Shown piece after piece: positions 59,616 through 64,000 of a stretch of 64,000 nt of DNA. The notes below the pieces were generated by a model. The model was not told the origin of the DNA and searched no databases. It was given only the letters and a program-made list of their open reading frames with translations. The position numbers and the translations under genes are program-made. Within the stretch, counting starts at the first letter, position 1, and every line of letters begins with the position of its first letter. The stretch is taken from IMG/VR virus record IMGVR_UViG_3300025141_012093, positions 4,421 to 68,420 of that record; one strand, written 5' to 3'. The DNA comes from a virus.

Positions 59616-60741
59616 TTAGTTTTTGAGCGATTTCATTATCAGCCCATCCTCGTCTTTTAAGTTGTCTTTTCAGGATATTATTGACATTTTGGAGCATTTT
59701 CTGTTGTTCTTTGGGATCTAGTTTGGAAAATTTTTCAATAAATTCCATATCTTCTGCACCACCTTTCAAAGCGTAGTTGTACATAATAGTTCCAATTAGG
59801 CCGTACTGTTTACCCTTAAGTCCTTTAATCAATTCTTTTTTGTCAAATTTCTCTTCAGTCTTAGCAAGAGGAAGATCGTCCATTTTTTGTTTGACGATAT
59901 CCTTGCCTTGCCCAAGAATAAACCAGTTTTGAGCTTTTTTAACCCAAGAGCCACCATCTTTAAGTTTTTGTTTAAATACACCTTTTTGATAGAGTTCATC
60001 AGAACCTTCAGGAGCTTTTCCAAGTTTTAAAGCCTTCTTGAATGCAATAACATCCTCTTTGGTTTTCAAAGTTCCCAAAGTTTTAGTTAAGCTGTCAATC
60101 AGGTCTCCTTCTTGAGCACTTCCTTGGAAACGTCTGGTCGCGCTTCCTATTCTCCTCGCTTCGGGATCTTCACCACGAGCTTGCTTTCTTCTTTGATTTT
60201 TTTCTGATTTTTTCGCTGCTGCCTGCCTTTGTTTTTTGGTTCTTTTTTCTTGAAAAATATCAAATGCTTCCATTAAAACACTTTCAGCAATGTTTAAACC
60301 TTTAGCTTTCAAACCTTTCTCAAGAGCTTTGGTAATCTTTTGCACTGCTTGTTGAGGCAGGCCCAAGTTTTTAATCATATAGGACTGCAAAGGCATTTCG
60401 GTGGTGCCTTTTTCATTTTTCAAGGCAGGATTATCTTTTTGCTTTTTAAACACAGAAAGAGGTGTGTCTTTTTCAGGTTTGCCTTTTGCATCTTCTGGCG
60501 CTTCTCTGTCAGCACCTTGCTTTTGATCAAAGTGATTCATCAGCTTATCATATTTATCTTGATACTCATCTTGATACTTCTTCTTCAGAGTTTCGTCATC
60601 AGTCTGCTCAGCTTTCTTAAGCAAAGACCCTAGAAAGGCTTTAACTTTACCATCCCACTCGGCACGGGACTTGGCCTCGTCCCTTTCCATTAAGATTAGA
60701 AGAGCTTCTTCCAAGACAATCCGTTTTAATTCGATATCCAT
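59593..60741 (-). CDS. Lys/Glu-rich hypothetical protein
   Basis: 382-aa ORF with SD GAGG. Confidence 0.65.
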   Translation of the reverse strand: MDIELKRIVLEEALLILMERDEAKSRAEWDGKVKAFLGSLLKKAEQTDDETLKKKYQDEYQDKYDKLMNHFDQKQGADREAPEDAKGKPEKDTPLSVFKKQKDNPALKNEKGTTEMPLQSYMIKNLGLPQQAVQKITKALEKGLKAKGLNIAESVLMEAFDIFQEKRTKKQRQAAAKKSEKNQRRKQARGEDPEARRIGSATRRFQGSAQEGDLIDSLTKTLGTLKTKEDVIAFKKALKLGKAPEGSDELYQKGVFKQKLKDGGSWVKKAQNWFILGQGKDIVKQKMDDLPLAKTEEKFDKKELIKGLKGKQYGLIGTIMYNYALKGGAEDMEFIEKFSKLDPKEQQKMLQNVNNILKRQLKRRGWADNEIAQKLNEMFRKQ

Positions 60742-60764
60742 TCGTAAATCCTCAAAATGATATA

Positions 60765-60774
60765 ATAAATAGTT
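60765..60774 (-). promoter_or_regulatory. Candidate late-promoter motif AACTATTTAT
   Basis: Identical to the motif upstream of the gp6-like gene. Confidence 0.5.
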
Positions 60775-60780
60775 TACTGT

Positions 60781-61722
60781 CTAGGAACCGCCGAATCCGA
60801 CAGGCGCGTTACCTCTTTTATAAGAAGGTTTCTCTAGATAAGGCCCACTGTTGGGTTCGCCGCCCATACCAATCAACCTTTTTTTAGCACCAGGGTGACT
60901 GCGAGTAACATCTTGTTGATAATCCTCTTCCAGTTCTTTTTTGAACTTTTTCCAATGTTCATCATAATCGCCATTCATCGACATTGCCTTATCATAAGCC
61001 TTTGTGGCCAGATCAGACATCTTTTTAAGATACCCATTTCTTCGGAGCACTTTGAAGGACAAGTTCTCAACGGAAAACTCACCACCCGTGTCAAGACCAG
61101 CTTTCCTAAACTTTCTCAATTTCTCCCTCATTTTTTCTACATATACTATAGTTTTTTCATAATCCCTGTCACAATACATCTCACAGGCTTTATCAATCTC
61201 TGCCATAAGAAAATTTGCTTTAGCATTAATACTTTTGAAGTCAATTTTGGGATCTATTTGGGAGGGCTCAATGTCCCAATCATCGTCAAGGATCGAATAC
61301 ACGGCTGTAGCAGCGTGTGGCTCGTTTGTATCTTGAACATATATCTCAACTTCGTGCCCGTGGATCATAATATCGTGTTTTTTGTTCCAAACTGCCTGTT
61401 TTGCCCTAAAATAGTCCTTTAAAGTGTCCTCATCGATCTCTAGTTTGTCAAAATCAACCAAGATGTGTAGATCAACATCGGAAAATTCAGACCAATTATA
61501 GTTGGATAAGGACCCTGTAAGGGTAATATCTTCCAATTCAATACCCTCTATTTCAAGGGAATTAAAGAAATCTTCGGCAATTTCGAGCAGTTTTTCACGT
61601 ACTTTGGGCTCTAACTCGTTGTTTTCATTCCAAAATCTGGGATTTAGCTCTTTTTTGACGATAAAGCTTGATAAATCATAGTCTTTTGAGTCATTTAAGA
61701 AGGTTTTCCACGTTTTATTCAT
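60781..61722 (-). CDS. Pol-beta superfamily nucleotidyltransferase
   Basis: LTGSLSNYNWSEFSDVDLHI; third acid in VEIYVQD. Confidence 0.85.
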   Translation of the reverse strand: MNKTWKTFLNDSKDYDLSSFIVKKELNPRFWNENNELEPKVREKLLEIAEDFFNSLEIEGIELEDITLTGSLSNYNWSEFSDVDLHILVDFDKLEIDEDTLKDYFRAKQAVWNKKHDIMIHGHEVEIYVQDTNEPHAATAVYSILDDDWDIEPSQIDPKIDFKSINAKANFLMAEIDKACEMYCDRDYEKTIVYVEKMREKLRKFRKAGLDTGGEFSVENLSFKVLRRNGYLKKMSDLATKAYDKAMSMNGDYDEHWKKFKKELEEDYQQDVTRSHPGAKKRLIGMGGEPNSGPYLEKPSYKRGNAPVGFGGS

Positions 61723-61725
61723 AAT

Positions 61726-61929
61726 TTAGTGCATTCCTGCGAGTACAGACTCGTCAATATGGCCACAACGGTCGCATTTTACGATTTGAACCGGAAAAAC
61801 GACCTCCTGACCAGTGGGAGACATAATAGCGCTTATTTTTTTGATTCTAACAAGCTGAGTAAAGTAAACTCCACTACATTCAGGGCAACAAACATCATCA
61901 GCATCTGTAATATCAATAACTTTCTTCAT
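61726..61929 (-). CDS. Small zinc-finger protein
   Basis: CPEC...CDRCGH. Confidence 0.7.
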   Translation of the reverse strand: MKKVIDITDADDVCCPECSGVYFTQLVRIKKISAIMSPTGQEVVFPVQIVKCDRCGHIDESVLAGMH

Positions 61930-62165
61930 TTAAACACCTTTTCCTTGGCAGTATCGTATAATTGTGGCAAAAAACTCTTCTTTAACTTCAATAATCTTTC
62001 AAATTTAACTCTATCACGCGCATCTGTATAAAGTGCAGTCGGTTTTTGTATCTGGCCATCAATCAATTGATCGGAAAAGTCATAAAATTTAGATTTGGGG
62101 GTCTTTCCAAACACTTGACTGATTGTCAAGATAAAAATAATTACAAAAAGAACAACTTTTTTCAT
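61926..62165 (-). CDS. Secreted small protein resembling myxobacterial gliding-motility protein CglF/GltF
   Basis: Signal peptide, then YDFSDQLIDGQIQKP...ARDRVKFERLLKLKKSFLPQL. Confidence 0.65.
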   Translation of the reverse strand: MKKVVLFVIIFILTISQVFGKTPKSKFYDFSDQLIDGQIQKPTALYTDARDRVKFERLLKLKKSFLPQLYDTAKEKVFK

Positions 62166-62171
62166 TCATAG

Positions 62172-62579
62172 CTACCTCACTGTATTAAATAGCTTTTTAA
62201 TTCTCTTTTTTACAACTGGAACTACATCATAATGATCTAAATCTTCTTCGTTGGCCCAAAGCCAGCCCGTATGTTCGTTATTTAGACGAATTTTTCCTTC
62301 AAATTCCGTGACAATGTAATAATGTAGATGACCATCAGACTCAAAGTGTTCCATATTGATCACATCAAGCTGAGTTTCCTCTTTTAACTCACGAATAGCG
62401 CCTTTTTCAAAATCTTCTCCGATTTCAATATGACCACCAGGAAGAGCCCATTGCTTTGGAGCCCACGCCATCCAATCTGACCTCTGTAAGATTAATATCT
62501 TGTCGTCTTTAAGTACATATACCTGTGCTACTTGATCAGAATCGTTTGGGTCTCTCCAAGAAGAACTATCTACTTTCAT
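62172..62579 (-). CDS. NUDIX hydrolase
   Basis: PGGHIEIGEDFEKGAIRELKEETQL Nudix box; start MKVDSS after SD GAGGAG. Confidence 0.92.
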   Translation of the reverse strand: MKVDSSSWRDPNDSDQVAQVYVLKDDKILILQRSDWMAWAPKQWALPGGHIEIGEDFEKGAIRELKEETQLDVINMEHFESDGHLHYYIVTEFEGKIRLNNEHTGWLWANEEDLDHYDVVPVVKKRIKKLFNTVR

Positions 62580-62967
62580 TTTTCTCCTCAAACTCTCTTT
62601 TAACGTCCTTGTTGATTGGAACTGGATCTCCGTCGCCATCAATTCTTACAAAAGTCATATCCGTCGTGCATACAATCTTTTGAGAACCGTTATATGGACT
62701 GTGCCTACGGGCTTCTAACTTGATTGTTACAGAAGTGTTACCAAACCTGACTACGTGGCCATAAATTTTAATTATTTGCCCTGGCCTTACTGGCTTCCTG
62801 AAAATAACTTCGGTAATTTTAACAGTGACTACTCGTGGAGTCCCTGAGACTTCGGCTGCGAAGGCCGCTCCGGCTTCATCAAGCCACGAAAGCATCACAC
62901 CACCAAACAAATTGCCGTGAAAACCAACATTTTGTGTTTTACATACGTGCGTAGAAATTAAATTCAT
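62566..62967 (-). CDS. Hotdog-fold acyl-CoA thioesterase (YciA-like)
   Basis: GNLFGGVMLSWLDEAG, VVTV, GNTSV, FVRID..G.P. Confidence 0.9.
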   Translation of the reverse strand: MNLISTHVCKTQNVGFHGNLFGGVMLSWLDEAGAAFAAEVSGTPRVVTVKITEVIFRKPVRPGQIIKIYGHVVRFGNTSVTIKLEARRHSPYNGSQKIVCTTDMTFVRIDGDGDPVPINKDVKREFEEKNESR

Positions 62968-62968
62968 A

Positions 62969-64000
62969 TTAAGAAGCGTCAAACTTCTTATAGAATACCA
63001 CAACATCCACTATTGGTTCAGTGCTAATTCCGTTATCTGAATAAACTAATTTCACATCGGCAGTCGAAGAAAGAAGCATTGTAGCCCGACCAGCCGGGAA
63101 GCTTGGATCAACGTTACCTAACACATACTGTGTCCCTGCTGCGACGCCTTGAGATGGATTTGATATCAAACTCAATCCACTAGGAAAGGAACTTCCTTTA
63201 ATATTGTTGGTTTGCGAGTTCGCAGTTAAAGCAACATTCTCAAGATTGTGAGATGTACCAACACCAGGAGTTTTAATCGTAATAAGCACATCAGTAATCA
63301 TCGATCTTGCTGGCAAGTCCAGCGTTGTATCCAAAGGGGAACCGCCATCTGTAAGGGTAAGACTTTCTTTAACAAGCTGGCCATAAGTTACAGCGTAGGC
63401 AGTTGTATTCTCCATTTTAAAAATATCACCAGCAGCTTCTTTGACGTGAAGACGAGCGTCTGCGGCCTGCACTGCATCTCCAATTGCAATCCTACCACCA
63501 GTAGCGATAGAAAAACGAGACGATACGTCACCACCATCGTCAGTTGCAATCTGAAAAGTACGAAGCCCTTGCTGTTCAGAATTCTTTGAAAGAATAAACG
63601 GTTGATTGGTATAAGAACCTACGTAACTTAAATCGGCGGTCCCTTCAATGCCCATCAAGAACTGATAGGCACCGGCTGTTGAGGTTTCCTGTGACATATA
63701 AATACTAGGGTTTTGATCTTCTCCTCCTGTGTTGTCGGTATCTGCGACCAATCCGATTGTAACGTCTTGCTTACCTTGTACAATCAAGCTGGTGTCGCCT
63801 GAACTAGCAGCGATTTTAACGTCGCCATCAACATGCAATTCACATTCGGGAGAACCTACGCCATTGATTCCTACTCTACCTGTAGATGCATCACATATTA
63901 GAAGCGGATTTCCTTCGTTGGAGCCGTTGCCCTTAACAATAAAGTCAACATTGTTGCCTCCGTCATTAATGGTAACATCGTGAGGAGCAGAACCTTTTTC
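62969..64000 (-). CDS. Tail-fibre/decoration-like beta-repeat protein; 5' end outside the window
   Basis: Frame stays open to 64000 (...DASTGRVGINGVGSPECELHVDG...); GRVGI...LHV repeats typical of phage fibres. Confidence 0.6.
   Translation of the reverse strand, partial: EKGSAPHDVTINDGGNNVDFIVKGNGSNEGNPLLICDASTGRVGINGVGSPECELHVDGDVKIAASSGDTSLIVQGKQDVTIGLVADTDNTGGEDQNPSIYMSQETSTAGAYQFLMGIEGTADLSYVGSYTNQPFILSKNSEQQGLRTFQIATDDGGDVSSRFSIATGGRIAIGDAVQAADARLHVKEAAGDIFKMENTTAYAVTYGQLVKESLTLTDGGSPLDTTLDLPARSMITDVLITIKTPGVGTSHNLENVALTANSQTNNIKGSSFPSGLSLISNPSQGVAAGTQYVLGNVDPSFPAGRATMLLSSTADVKLVYSDNGISTEPIVDVVVFYKKFDAS

Overview
A gene-dense, almost entirely minus-strand 64-kb segment of a large contractile-tailed (myovirus-like, probably jumbo) phage genome read with the standard genetic code. 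All calls come from motif recognition by eye; no searches were run. Left (1-20.1 kb): a virion/baseplate module (LamG-like protein, DNRLRE-like protein, gp6-like wedge, gp25, a 3077-aa protein with SH3-like repeats, a split gp5-like spike) and a T4 gp55-like late sigma factor. Middle (21-46.9 kb): a tightly packed ~26-kb, 28-gene glycan locus with GDP- and dTDP-deoxy/amino/formyl/C- and O-methyl sugar enzymes, a NeuB-HAD-NeuA nonulosonic acid module, a radical SAM enzyme, a GT29 sialyltransferase with all four sialylmotifs, and several soluble glycosyltransferases, but no export machinery. Right (46.9-64 kb): Cas4-like nuclease, PIN-PhoH, two paralogous lipoprotein trypsin-like proteases, ClpP, a eukaryote-type phosphomannomutase, tRNA-Arg(TCT), tRNA-Asn(GTT), an AT-rich palindromic spacer, a nucleotidyltransferase, a CglF/GltF-like gliding-motility protein, NUDIX, thioesterase and a partial fibre gene. 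The strongest candidate for a novel system is phage-encoded sialic acid/KDN-type glycosylation, possibly of the virion.
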